A DNA stretch of 63,192 bases, filler included, from Anaerolineae bacterium (GTDB lineage Bacteria > Chloroflexota > Anaerolineae > Epilineales > Epilineaceae): assembly GCA_029262755.1 (NCBI GenBank). It is 5 parts of 5 records of this genome, joined end to end, with 100 filler letters (N's around TTAATTAATTAA, not from the genome) between each part and the next. Parts side by side here need not be neighbours in the genome. Positions count along the whole stretch, not along the records: positions 1 to 26,543 come from JAJCYU010000223.1; 4 more parts are not named here. One strand, written 5' to 3'. This document shows, one piece after another, positions 1 through 10,800 of the stretch (position 1 is the first letter of the stretch; the number at the start of each line of letters is the position of its first letter). Position numbers and translations under genes: made by a program. The notes under the pieces were generated by a model. It worked only from the letters and a program-made list of their open reading frames with translations, was not told the origin of the DNA and did no database searches.

Positions 1-510
1 ACCTACGGCTACTGGTGGTGGCGCCGCGACTTCGCCGGCCACCCGACCTACTTCGCCTGGGGCTACGGCGGCCAGTTCATCTTCATCGTCGAGGACCTGG
101 ACCTGGTCGTGGTGACCACATCCAGCTGTTTCCGCGGCGCCGGCGCAACGACCAACGGTCCGATTCTCGCGCTGCTGGCGGACTACGAACTGCCGGCGGT
201 GAAGGGGATTAGCGTGATCGAAAGTGTGACGGGCCGACCTTCAGAACATGTATCGGCCGAGCTGTTGCTCTGGAGTTCGGCCAGTCCGGCAACCTTCGCG
301 GGCGCGCCAATGGCACTATCTTCAGTTGCGGTCGAGAGCGAGGTTCCAGAGCCCGGACGTACCAGGAACGCGCAGGACTTCGGTCCATCCGTCGCGCGTC
401 GTTATCTCGACGTTGTACACGACGTCCTTGGCGGCGGGTTCCGCCGGTTCGATGAATACGTCAACGCCACTGTCAGGACGCTCGACGACAGTCAGTCCCC
501 AAGAAGATGA
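1..510 (+). CDS. serine hydrolase / beta-lactamase family protein, C-terminal part (5' truncated)
   Basis: Frame 1 reads TYGYWWWRRDFAGHPTYFAWGYGGQFIFIVEDLDLVVV, the YGYxWW...AxGxGGQ...xDLVVV tail typical of class C beta-lactamase-like hydrolases. Similarity fades near nt 205 but the frame stays open to TGA at 510. Confidence 0.7.
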   Translation, partial: TYGYWWWRRDFAGHPTYFAWGYGGQFIFIVEDLDLVVVTTSSCFRGAGATTNGPILALLADYELPAVKGISVIESVTGRPSEHVSAELLLWSSASPATFAGAPMALSSVAVESEVPEPGRTRNAQDFGPSVARRYLDVVHDVLGGGFRRFDEYVNATVRTLDDSQSPRR

Positions 511-810
511 ATCACATTCCAAGCGCCAGTGGCGGTTTTCGTATGTGATGTACAGGGACGCGATGGCAGACCTGCTGATCCCTTCCAGTGAAAATTGAAG
601 GTCTTGCGCTCCCTTAGATCCCATGACGGTTGTGCCCTCACAGCCTGGACGCCGATGGTCTTGGTTTACTTGCCCCAACATGGTGGCGCGTATGGTCTGA
701 CGATCGGCCTGCTCCAACTGGCCGGGTACTGTCCGAAACCAGACTGCAGCAACGGCTAGCCCGAGGACGAAGCCCAGCATCATCGAAGTCAAACGGCTTA
801 AGCGGATCAT
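322..810 (-). CDS. hypothetical membrane-anchored/exported protein (162 aa)
   Basis: Strong RBS GGAGG upstream of ATG; N-terminal hydrophobic segment MMLGFVLGLAVAAVWF; lower GC than flanks. Confidence 0.55.
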   Translation of the reverse strand: MIRLSRLTSMMLGFVLGLAVAAVWFRTVPGQLEQADRQTIRATMLGQVNQDHRRPGCEGTTVMGSKGAQDLQFSLEGISRSAIASLYITYENRHWRLECDSSSWGLTVVERPDSGVDVFIEPAEPAAKDVVYNVEITTRDGWTEVLRVPGTSGLWNLALDRN

Positions 811-1007
811 GGTTACACCCTCCTACAGGGGTCTACGGGTGAATTGCCTCGATGGTTGTGAGGAGAGATAGAGTTGTTCGACAATCTGGCGTTGACCTCC
901 TCCACGCACACCACCACGATGCGCGTCACCGACCGATCACGTTCCAGTATGATGGAACCAGCAACCGGCTCGGTGTGTCGACGCTAGTCGACGGAGGGAA
1001 ACGCCCC

Positions 1008-4000
1008 ATGACTCTTGCTTCCAAACAACGATCCGCGCGTGTTCCGCACCGGGCAGGCGTCATCGCCCTCGCACTCTTCGTGCTCTTGGTGCTCGCCACC
1101 GGCCACCGCGCCGCCCGACCGGGCGCCGCGCAGCCTGCACCGCCGCCCGGTAGCTACGTGGCGCTCGACACGTGGACCACGTCCGCCGCGGCCATTCCCG
1201 GCGGTCTGTGGGCCGATCCGGTTGGGCTGGACCTCCTGCCGTCCGGCGGAGTCGTCGTGTCCGACGCACGCTTCCGGCGGGTCGAGGTGCTTGCGGCTGA
1301 CGGTGCGCCGCAGGTCATGATCGCCGCCGGCCTCACGACGCCGGGCCACGTCGCAGCCGACGAGGCGCGGGACCGGATCTATGTCGTCGATGCGGGCGAA
1401 GCGGCCGTGGTGGTCTTCCAGCTCGACGGCAGCCCGGTCGCGACCTGGCCCGGTATCGGCGGCGCGGCCGGCGTGGCGGTGGCGGCGGACGGACGGGTCG
1501 TGGTCAGCGACACGGACGGCGACGTCGTCCGTTGGTTCGCCGCGGACGGTACGCCCGGCGCGGTCTGGGGCGGCACGGGCGCAGGCCCGGGGCAGCTCGA
1601 TACGCCGGCCGGCCTGGAGGTCGATGCCGACGGGCGTGTGCTGGTGGCGGACCGCGGCAATCGGCGAATCGTGATCTTTGAGACGGACGGCAGCCCGGGC
1701 GGAACCATCTCGACCGACACCGGCTCGCTCGCTGGTTCCGAGCCAAACGATGTGCATGCCGACACCGACGTGCTGTGGGTGGCCTCGGGCGCCGGCCTCG
1801 GTCGCTTCGATCGCGGCTCGCGGCGGATCACCGGCGCGCTACCTGAGATGGATGCCCGCGCCGTATCGGGCAGCAGCGCGCAGGGGTTGCTCGCGACCGT
1901 CCTGCCCGGCAACGGGGATCCCGGCGTGTGGCGCTGGCGTCACCGCCAGGCCAGCGGCGAGCCGATGGCAACGTGGGGCGGGCCCCTGACCGTGCCCGGA
2001 TTCCTGGACGGCGCCGAGGCGATCGCGATCGGCGCCGATGGCGCGGCCTACGTGGTGGACGTGCCGCCGCGCCTCCAACGCTACGCCCTCGACGGCACGC
2101 CGAGCTCGCAGATCGTCGGCCCCGACGTCGTTCAGGTCGACGCCGACGCGGCCGGGGCCGTCTACGCGGTGGACGAGGGCGGCACCGTGCACGCCTTCGC
2201 CGCCGACGGCAGCACGCGGTGGACCGCCCGCATGCGGTGACCGGCGTGCGCGCCGAGGACCTCGAACCCGTGGCGTTGGCCTGGGACGCGGCGGCCGCAC
2301 AGATCCTGGTACTGGAAGCGGTGAGCGGCGACGTCCTGCGCTTCGATGCCGCGGGCACGGCGCTCGGTGCCTGGTCGCCCTCGGGCGCTGGGGGCGCGAA
2401 GACGCGCTGGGTCGATCTGGCCGTCGGATCGGCCGGCCAGCGCTACGGGCTGGACGTGGGCGGCTCGACGATTCGCGGCTGGGACGCCCAGGGCGCCGTC
2501 GTGGTCGATATCGAGCTACCGGCCACGGCACGGGGCGCCGAACGCCTCGCCCTCCTGCCCGACGATACGCTCGCGGTGCTGACCAGCGACGGCTGGGGTT
2601 TCCGCCTCGCGCGTGACGGCGCCGTCATGGCCGTGTGGGAGGCCGCCCGCCTGGACCTGGGCGACAGCCGCCCGGCGGACCTCGCGGCAGACGCGGCGGG
2701 CCGAATCTACGTCACGGATCGCGGCGTGAACGTCGTGACCGTCTTCGGGTGGGATCCCGCGGCGCCGCGCGCCGAACCGCTGTCCGTCGAGGAAGGCTGC
2801 GTCTTCGGCGGCGACAAGCGGGCCGGGCCGTCCGAGATCGAGCTCGGCGAGGAGGTGGAGATCACCTTGAGCGTGCGCGGGGCCTGCGCGGCGGCGCGCA
2901 ATGGCGTGGACATCGCGATCATCGTCGATACCTCGATGGGCCGCGGCAGCACGCGCGCCGTGCGCGGCTCGGTCGAACGCATGCTTGCGCTGCTGACGCC
3001 CGGCGTGGACCAGGTCGCCCTCTACGGCAGCCTGCCAACGCGCCTGAGCGGCGATACGCAGCTCGTACGGCGCATGCTGCGCCGGACCGACTTGGGCCAG
3101 CCGGATTGGCTGCTGCTGCCGGTGCTGCAGGCCGCGTCCGCCGAGCTCTACAGCCCTCGCGGCCGGCGCGACGCCAAGAAGGTGATCATCCTGCTCATGG
3201 CCAGCGACGGCCTGGACGACGAGGCCTTCCCCTGGCAGCGGGATCGCGCCATGCGCGAGATCGAACGCGAGGCCGGGCAGGTCAAGCGGCGCGGCGCCGA
3301 GTTCTTCGGCATCTGGTTTGCCGCGGGCGGCGCGGGTCGCGCCGATGGGGAGCGTATGCTCGCCGACCTGGTCACATCGCGCAATCATCTATTCGACGGT
3401 GGTTCCGAGCGCATCTTGGAGACCGTCTTTGCGCGGGTTATCGAGCGCGTCAAGCCGACGAGCTAGCTCAGCGAGGTCGTGATCACCGACACGTTGCCGG
3501 CCAACATGATCTACGTGCCCGGCTCCAGCGCACCACCCGCGGAGGTGAACGGACAACGCCTGAGCTGGCGCCTCGTAGACGTGCCGATTGTCGGCACGGG
3601 CGTGCGCTTCCGCGTGCGCCCCGCCGCCGCGGGCGAGTGGCCGACGAACGAACGCGCCGTCGCCGACGCCACGACGCCGGACGAGCACGTCCACCGAATC
3701 GAGTTTCCCGTCCCGCGGATCTCGGTGCGCGGCCTCCCTACGGCTGCCCCGACGCAAACGCGGACGCCTCCGCCGTCGACGGCGACCAACGTACCAGCCC
3801 CCACGCAAACGTCGGAACCCACGCCGACCTTGGCGCCGGGCCCGGTCTACCTACCGGTCGCGCTCACCGAACGCTGCCCGGATACGCGCCGCCCCTTCGA
3901 TGTGGCGCTCGTAATCGACGCCTCGAACAGCATGGCCGGCCCGGCGCTCGAAGCGGCTGCCGCGGCAGCCCAGGTCTTCGTCGACGCGATGCGCCTGCCG

Positions 4001-4465
4001 CGCGACCGCGTGGCGATCGTCACCTTCAACGCGGGCGCCGAGATCCGCCTGTCGCTCACGGGCGACGCTGCCGAAATCCGCCGCGCGCTGGCCGATCTCG
4101 CGAACGCCGTGGCGGCCGGAACTCGCCTGGACCGCGGCCTTGAAGCCGCGCGGGACGCGCTGGCTCCGTTGCCCCGCGCGGGCGAGGATGGCCGCGTGCC
4201 CGTGGTCGTGCTCCTGACCGACGGCCGCCAGGACGAAGCGCCGGACGCGCCGATCGACCAGGCCGACGCGCTACGCGCCGCCGGCGTCGAGATCCGCGTC
4301 GTCGGCCTAGGAGAGGCCGTCGACGAGCCCGTACTCCAACGCATCGCCGGCGACCCAAGCGCCTACAGCCGCGCGCCGAGCGCGGACGAACTCGCCTCGG
4401 TCTTCCGCGAGCTCGCGCTGGCCTTCGATCTCTGCCCGAAGGAGCGATTCTGGGGCGGGCGTTGA
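1008..4465 (+). pseudogene. secreted NHL beta-propeller + tandem vWA-domain protein, interrupted by a frameshift (~2225-2240) and an in-frame TAG (3464-3466)
   Basis: RBS GGAGG, ATG 1008 and signal peptide. NHL repeats (QLDTPAGLEVDADGRVLVADRGNRRIVIF) continue in another frame after ~2237. First vWA (DIAIIVDTS), then TAG, then in-frame VITDTLPANMIYVPGS (DUF11-like), PT linker, VYLPVAL and a second vWA with MIDAS DASNSM...T...LLTDG. Confidence 0.8.
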
Positions 4466-4506
4466 GGGTCGGGTGGGGTGCGCAAGACGACGGCGCGTCA
4501 AACGCG

Positions 4507-4908
4507 CTAGAGGACGCGGAGTTCGAGCGGGATGTGCTCACGGAAACGATCGAAATCGCGGTCGACCGTGAGCACGCTCCAACTGCGGTTGACAGCTACG
4601 GCACAGATCAGAAAGTCCGTGTTCGAACCATGGATTCCCTCAGCTCGACAGCGGTTGAAGAATCGCGCCGCCAACTCGTAGTCGAGTGCGCTCAACTCCG
4701 TGTCTGGGAACGCCCACAGATGCGCACGAAGGCGATCGAACTGTGCCTCGTCTCGGATACCAGACAGCAATTCCTGGCGAATAGCTCCGATGAGCGTCGC
4801 TCGATGCTCCGAGATTAGGCGCTGCAGAACGAGAACCGCCTCCGCCGGCGCCCCAAGGCGGCGACGTAGTGCAAGAGACCAGACGCTCGTGTCGACCAAG
4901 ACCTTCAC
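4507..4908 (-). CDS. vapC: VapC-type PIN domain toxin
   Basis: MKVLVDTSVWSLA...QELLSG...TDFLICAVA...LTVDRDF PIN motifs; GTG start overlaps the antitoxin stop (GTGA). Confidence 0.9.
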   Translation of the reverse strand: MKVLVDTSVWSLALRRRLGAPAEAVLVLQRLISEHRATLIGAIRQELLSGIRDEAQFDRLRAHLWAFPDTELSALDYELAARFFNRCRAEGIHGSNTDFLICAVAVNRSWSVLTVDRDFDRFREHIPLELRVL

Positions 4909-5105
4909 GAGACGCGTCGCTGTGCCTTGTAGTCCCAATCCTCGTCATACTCAATTGTTCCGAACAGATCGAACAGTTCCAGCTGCCGCAGACGCCGTGT
5001 GTACTCAAGCAGCGCCTGGTTGACCGCTTCCTTCTTCGTCTTGTGCTCGCCTAGGCGAACGGCTTCTTCGATCAGCGTATCGTCAAGCTGTAGATTCGTA
5101 GCCAC
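4905..5105 (-). CDS. vapB: VapB-type antitoxin (DUF2191-like)
   Basis: MATNLQLDDTLIEEAVRLGEHKTKKEAVNQALLEY; RBS GGGAGG; directly upstream of the PIN gene. Confidence 0.9.
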   Translation of the reverse strand: MATNLQLDDTLIEEAVRLGEHKTKKEAVNQALLEYTRRLRQLELFDLFGTIEYDEDWDYKAQRRVS

Positions 5106-5190
5106 TGTAGCCTCCCTTCATGTCGACACATTGTGCCACACAATGGGGCGTGTGGAATTACAGGCAACGAAGCTTTTCTTGGCGGCCCTT

Positions 5191-5715
5191 TCACGAAATG
5201 GGCTGCCCGCCCGAAAGCAGATCCGCGGTCCCGCTCTCGAGTTCGTCCACCGCGGGGCGTGCCTTGCGCACGATCTTGAACTCCCCCAGCGCGGACATGG
5301 CTTCGACGTGGAGCGTCGGCGCATTGCTAGGCAGCGTGGCCGGGTCGTTGGCGGTGGTGTCGTAGATCGAACCTAGGAGCGCTCGGCCATCCAGCTCGAC
5401 CCGCCAGTCCTCCGGAACCAGCAGAACGGTGCCGCCCAGGACCGTGTTGAGGTGCAGGCGGGCACCTTCCGGGCGCAAGGTTGCGCGGCGCAGATCGATC
5501 ACGCTTTGGCCGGCCATCGTGAGCGCCGTGCCGCCGAGAAAGGCGTCGGAATGGCTCGCGAGCTTCGACTCGCCGAGGATCGTGACGATGCCGACCGCGT
5601 CGCTGGCCTCGTCGCCCAAGGAAGGCACGATCTTCTTGAGTAGAAAGAGCAGAGCGGTCAGGATCGTGTTGAACACGAACATCGCGAGCAGCAGTCGGCG
5701 TAGGGTAGGTCCCAT
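5191..5715 (-). CDS. LiaF/DUF2154-like cell-wall-stress response protein
   Basis: RBS AGGAG; N-terminal TM segment; FLGGTALTMAGQSVIDLRRA...LGGTVLLVPEDWRVELDG pattern. Confidence 0.7.
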   Translation of the reverse strand: MGPTLRRLLLAMFVFNTILTALLFLLKKIVPSLGDEASDAVGIVTILGESKLASHSDAFLGGTALTMAGQSVIDLRRATLRPEGARLHLNTVLGGTVLLVPEDWRVELDGRALLGSIYDTTANDPATLPSNAPTLHVEAMSALGEFKIVRKARPAVDELESGTADLLSGGQPIS

Positions 5716-6057
5716 GAACGTGCTCTCCTGAGAGCGGTGTGGTCGATGTCGGTCGATAGCGATGGCTAGGATGCCACGATTATCCTTGCCCGACCGTATT
5801 CCTGGTCTCGGCCTGGACCTTGCGCCGTTCGCCCAAAGCCGTGTGCCCGATTCCTCTGGTGCGCCGTTCGTGACCACGCGACGTCGTCTTCCGTCGCGCC
5901 TTCTACGGGCCGCGCCGACGCGTTCGTTCGGTAGCCTTAATGCATGGTCTGTCGGAACACGGCCGATCGGTGGTAGGCTGCGAGGGTGTCGTGCTGCACC
6001 GCCCCGCCCCGCATGACGCCCAAGATGCCCAAGGCGGAGCCGCTCAAGGAGGGCAGC

Positions 6058-7071
6058 ATGGATCTATTTCGAGTCCGAAGCTCATCACGCGCCACGGTAG
6101 CCGTGCTCACGGTAGCTGCCTTCGGGCTGTGCATCACGGGAGCCCCGGCCGCGGCTTCTAGCCTCATGCAGACCCAGGACGTCGTGCTTTCGACGCACGT
6201 CGAGCTGGGCCTGCCCGAGCAAGACGCCTTCGTCGAGGTCGAGGAGGGCGGCTCGGAAGTGGTCCGGCCGGACGTCGAGGACACCAATTCCGTCTCGGAA
6301 CGCGCACGCAAGGTCTTTGCGTCCGCAGAGCCGCATGAGCACGATCCCTTCAAGACCGGCGACAACCCGCTTGGGCCCTTCGAGAAGGGCGAGCCGCTTG
6401 GATTCACGCTGGGCGAGTGGCTCGCCGGCGACGGCAGAGGTAGCTACACGGTTGACGGCGATGAGGCGCAGCTGGAGCTCTCGTTGAGCAATCTGGTGCC
6501 CGGCGGTCTCTACACGGTCTGGTGCGCCCGCGCGAACATGCCGCCCGGCAAGGGCTCGGTGGACGATCCGTGCGGAGCAGCCGACGGCAGCGAGAACACG
6601 TTCACAGCGGATGACGAAGGTGACGCGACTTTCTCCGTCAGCATGACACCCCTCGAGCCGAGCAGCGCGGAGACGATGTCGGTCATCGCAATCGCCTACC
6701 ACAGCGACGGGAAGTCCTACGGAGCGCATCCCGGCGAATTCGGCCAGTACACGCACGTGCAGTTGGCGTGGTTGATGCCGCCGCCCGAAGCCGGTCAGGC
6801 AGGGGACGACGCCGGAGACGATGCCGCGGACGATGCCGCGGACGACGCCGGCGACGATGCGGATGATGAGGCCGGCGACGACGACGCGGCCTCGAATACG
6901 GATGCGGCTACGACCACTACGACGAACGACGATGACAAAGCCGCCGGCATGCCGAGCGCGGGCGCAGGCGGTCCGTTCTCCGGCGGGATGCTGACCCTCG
7001 CCGCGGCGGTACTCTTCGCGCTGGGCCTTATGGGCTGGTGGCGCGGACGCGAGATAGCCGACGGGGTGTAG
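6058..7071 (+). CDS. secreted surface protein with acidic linker and sortase-like C-terminal signal
   Basis: RBS AAGGAGG; signal peptide; Asp-rich repeat; MPSAG followed by a hydrophobic helix and WWRGR. Confidence 0.75.
   Translation: MDLFRVRSSSRATVAVLTVAAFGLCITGAPAAASSLMQTQDVVLSTHVELGLPEQDAFVEVEEGGSEVVRPDVEDTNSVSERARKVFASAEPHEHDPFKTGDNPLGPFEKGEPLGFTLGEWLAGDGRGSYTVDGDEAQLELSLSNLVPGGLYTVWCARANMPPGKGSVDDPCGAADGSENTFTADDEGDATFSVSMTPLEPSSAETMSVIAIAYHSDGKSYGAHPGEFGQYTHVQLAWLMPPPEAGQAGDDAGDDAADDAADDAGDDADDEAGDDDAASNTDAATTTTTNDDDKAAGMPSAGAGGPFSGGMLTLAAAVLFALGLMGWWRGREIADGV
6802..6888 (+). repeat. 12-bp coding repeat (G/A)DDA x ~7
   Basis: ggggacgacgcc ggagacgatgcc gcggacgatgcc gcggacgacgcc ggcgacgatgcg... 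Confidence 0.75.
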
Positions 7072-7099
7072 GCGGCTGTAGCGGTTCGGCGGACACGCC

Positions 7100-7819
7100 C
7101 TAGTTCTTCGTGCCCGTCACGAGCTTGCGCGTGACCTCGCGTTGAACGCGCGCGGTCACGCGCTCGTCGTGTTGGGCGAGAAAGGCCTCGACCGCCGCCC
7201 GGTCCCACGGCACGAGTTCGCGTAGCGCCCAGCTGATCGCCTTCTGCACCATCTCCGACTCGTCCTCGAGGAGCGGCTCGCAGATCGCCAGGGTGCGTGC
7301 GACGTCGCCCGTCCCGCCGCGCGACTTCGTGTTGAGCGCGACCGTGGACACGACCGCGGCCCGTCGCCACCACTGGTCGTCCGATTCACGCCACGACGCC
7401 ACGAGCGCATCATCGATCTGCCCCGTGCGCCACGACGGTCCCGCGATGTTGCCGCAGAAGAGGTCGACGCAGGCCCAGTTGTCGATGCCGGCGCCCAAGG
7501 CCTCGACTCGTTCGGTGTTCATCGACGAGCGCGCCGCTTTGTGTCCTGCGATCAACTCGTAGGCCACCTGGCGGCATTCGGTCACTCGCTGCTCGATCAG
7601 CCGCAGGCCCAACTCGTACAGGAAATCGCCGTCGGCCGCCTTCAGACGTGGCTTGAACTCGCGGACGACGCCGCGCAGATCGGGCGTATAGACGCCGAAG
7701 TCCGCCTGTGCGCTCGGCCGGTGGCCCTGCTTGGAGCCGCGGCCGAGGGCGCGCAGCGCGGCCGTGATCTCGTGGGCGAGGTCAGCGGGGGAATTGGTCG
7801 GCACCGTTGTTTTGTTCAT
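7100..7819 (-). CDS. DNA alkylation repair protein (AlkD-like HEAT repeat)
   Basis: GVYTPDLR, IDNWACVDLFC, WWRRAA and MVQKAISWALRE motifs. Confidence 0.85.
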   Translation of the reverse strand: MNKTTVPTNSPADLAHEITAALRALGRGSKQGHRPSAQADFGVYTPDLRGVVREFKPRLKAADGDFLYELGLRLIEQRVTECRQVAYELIAGHKAARSSMNTERVEALGAGIDNWACVDLFCGNIAGPSWRTGQIDDALVASWRESDDQWWRRAAVVSTVALNTKSRGGTGDVARTLAICEPLLEDESEMVQKAISWALRELVPWDRAAVEAFLAQHDERVTARVQREVTRKLVTGTKN

Positions 7820-7829
7820 CGCGTGGGTC

Positions 7830-10800
7830 TCACTCCGCCGTATTCCCGGCTGTTGGTTTCTCGGTTGCGTCCGCATTCGGGCTCGCTTCGCGGCGAAGCA
7901 GCGCCCGAAAGCCGTTGTCGCCGGCGCGGTTGCCTGGTGGCGGGATGACGCGGTACGCGGCCAAGGCGACCGATTGCACGTCCGACCACGAGCCCCCGCG
8001 CAGCACGCGCAGGGTTGTCGCCGGCAAGTCCGGGTTCTCTCGACCGTCTTCGGCGTCGTAGGGATAGGGGAACGCGCTCGCATCACGGCTCGACCCGAAC
8101 GCACTGGACGTCCATTCGAGCGTGTTGCCGGTCAGGTCCGCGATGCCTTCCGGCGTATCGCCGTCGGGGAACACCCCGACCGGCGAGTTGCGCCGGATAT
8201 GCGTCTCCGCAGTGTTGCCCTTCCACGGATCGAAGTCGTCACCGTAGGCATAGCGACGGGCCGGCAAACCACGCGCCGCGGCCTCCCATTCGGCCTCGCT
8301 TGGGAGTTGGAACGCGAGTCCGGACTGCGCCGAGAGCCAGTTCAAGTAGGCGCGCGCTTCGTACCAACACACCCCGACCACGGGCTGCGTCGGATGGTTG
8401 AAGCGGCTATCGCGCCAAACGAGTGGCTCGGTGAAGCGCCCGCCCGGATATAGCTCCACCAGATGGGCATCGAGCTCGGCCTCGCTCATGGCTAGCCGGC
8501 GCTGCGCGCGCTCGAACATCGTCTCGTCCCACGATCCGGCGGCAAGCAGCTCGTCCATCAACTCCGGATTCGCACGGCAGCGGGCGACGAAGTCCTTCAC
8601 GCCGGCGTGAATACCCGCCGCCGTGTTCTCGCCGCGGCGCCAAGCCCGCGCATCCTCGGTGTCCCACCATTGCTCGTCCTCGTAGCCGCCCGCCTCCTGG
8701 AAGCACGCCCATTCCGCGTTGGTGACGGGGAACCGCCCGATCTCGTAGCCGGCGAGCGTCACTTCGTGGCGCGGCATATGGTCGGTCCACGTGCCTTCCG
8801 GGCTGACGATCGGCTCGTCCGCCCCGATCGGATACACGCCGCCGGGAATCGCGACGAGGGGCGGCAGCAGGTACGGTCCCTGCGGTCCGTCGCGCCGTTC
8901 GAAGCGGGGATCATCCAGGTCGCCGAGCACGTAGCCGCAGGCGATCCGGTGCCGCAGATCGGCCGCGGGATCGCAGCTGCGTTCCACAAGCGCATCCCGC
9001 AACGCGTCGAGCAGGTCGCCGGGCAGTCGCGGTTGCATCTCCGGCTGCGCCGCGGCGCGCCCTGCGAGCACGAGGTTCGTCTCCATCACCGGGCGGAGGA
9101 ACGGCACAGCGTCGTCCGCCATCGCGGTAGCCAGGATCGTCGTCTCCTCCCAGCCCGTGCCCGCGAGCGGTGGCAGGGGATCGGCCGGGTCGAGCCGCTC
9201 GACGACCTCCGCGACCGTGGGCCTGATGTCCGCGGCGCGCCACGGGACGCGCACCAAGTCCGGATTCGGCTCGCGCGCCAGCAGCCGTGCCGCGAAGTAC
9301 TCCTGCACGAGCTGGTGGATGAACATCAGATCGCCCGTGGACTCGTCTTCGTCGAGCACGGCCAGCGCTTCGCCCGCCGCCAGAATAGCCTCGTCGGCTT
9401 CCGAGTCGAGCAGGTCGAGCGCGTCGTCAACGTCGATGCGCACTTGAGAGCGCTCGCCGTCGGCGCGGTCGGACTGCATCGCGTGGGCCAGCGCCGCCAG
9501 CTTGGCCAGCAGCGGTCCACGCTCCGGCAGATCGTAGGCGCTCTTCCACCGCCATTTCGCGATGCGCTTCAGGTCGCGGCTCTCCAGCAGCGGGCCCGGC
9601 TGGAAGAGCGCGTTGCCGTGCTCGATCTCGCGCAGCAGCGCCTGGCGTACGAAGCCGGTAAAGAGGGCGGCGCGACCGGCGGGCATGTCGCCCGTGGCGT
9701 CCACCTGCTCCACCAGCAGCGCGAGGAAATAGGGCGAGCGCAGGACCTCGATCTGCGGGCTTCCCTGCAACGCCGCCCAGATCTCCCGATGATGCTCAGG
9801 GCTGTACTGCGCAAGGAACTCCTCGATCTGCGCGTCGACCAGCGGCTCGATGCGCACCTGCGGCACGCGTAGCGCGGGCGTGGACAGCGACTGGCTGTAG
9901 TCGAGCGAGCGACAGGAGATCACGACCCGGTTGCCTTGATGCCGACCAACGACGTCGATCAGCCAACGCTTCCAGAGGCGCACCCGCTCGTGAAAGTCGG
10001 CCTCGTCGGCCGCGGGCATCTCGTTGAGCGCGTCGAGCAACAGCGTGATCCTCCCAGCACCGACGAATGCATCCAGCGGTGGAAGCTCGGAGTAGCGCGC
10101 TGCCCAGCGCTCGGCGAGCCAATCACCAGGCGCCGGCAGCGGGTCTTCCGGCCGTCCGGCATCGTATGTGTTGAGCGAGATGAAGAAGGTGACGCGGCTT
10201 CCGTCCGGTCCTTCCTCGCGTAACCCGGCGATTGCCGTGTCGAGCTCCAGGCGCCGCAGCAACGTGCTCTTTCCCCCGCCAGGCGGGCCGAGCACCACGA
10301 TGGCCTGCTCGGTCGTGTCGGCGAGCACGGCGCCCAGATCCTGGAACTGTTCCTCCTGCGCGGCCCATCGGCCTTGCACCGCTTCCTCGCCCTGATCCAC
10401 GAGCAAGGTAAGGCCGACGAAGCGCCCGTCAAGCCGAAAACGCTGCTGGCTCCACTCGGCGATGCGCCCCAGCCGGTACTCGCGTAGGTCCGCCGGCCGG
10501 TGCCGCGCGAGCTCCAGGGCCTCGGTGGGTGTGAGCGTGGCCGACGCGCCTACGTCGGAACGAACGGCGGCTTCGAGCCGCGACCAGGGATCGGCGGGCG
10601 TGGATGCGTCGAGCGCGCGATCGTCCGCGTCGTCGTTCGCCGCGCCCGGATCGTCGCCCGGATCGGGCTCGCCAACCCGTACACGTTCGCGTGGGTGCTG
10701 CGGCGCGACGGTCGCGGGTGCCGGACGGGCCTCGGGCAGGCCGGGGCCGAGGAGCTGATACACGTCCGTGCCGTGGCGCGGATCGCCGTTGCTCTGGCCG

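Noticed and set aside
3464..3466. Alternative genetic code (TAG reassigned)
   Set aside because: Many intact genes here end in TAG (e.g. xerD, msrP, Uma2, P1B ATPase), so TAG is a normal stop.
7880..8010. FGE-like C-terminus as a possible diversity-generating retroelement variable region
   Set aside because: No template repeat or reverse transcriptase was seen in the window. It cannot be excluded elsewhere in the genome.
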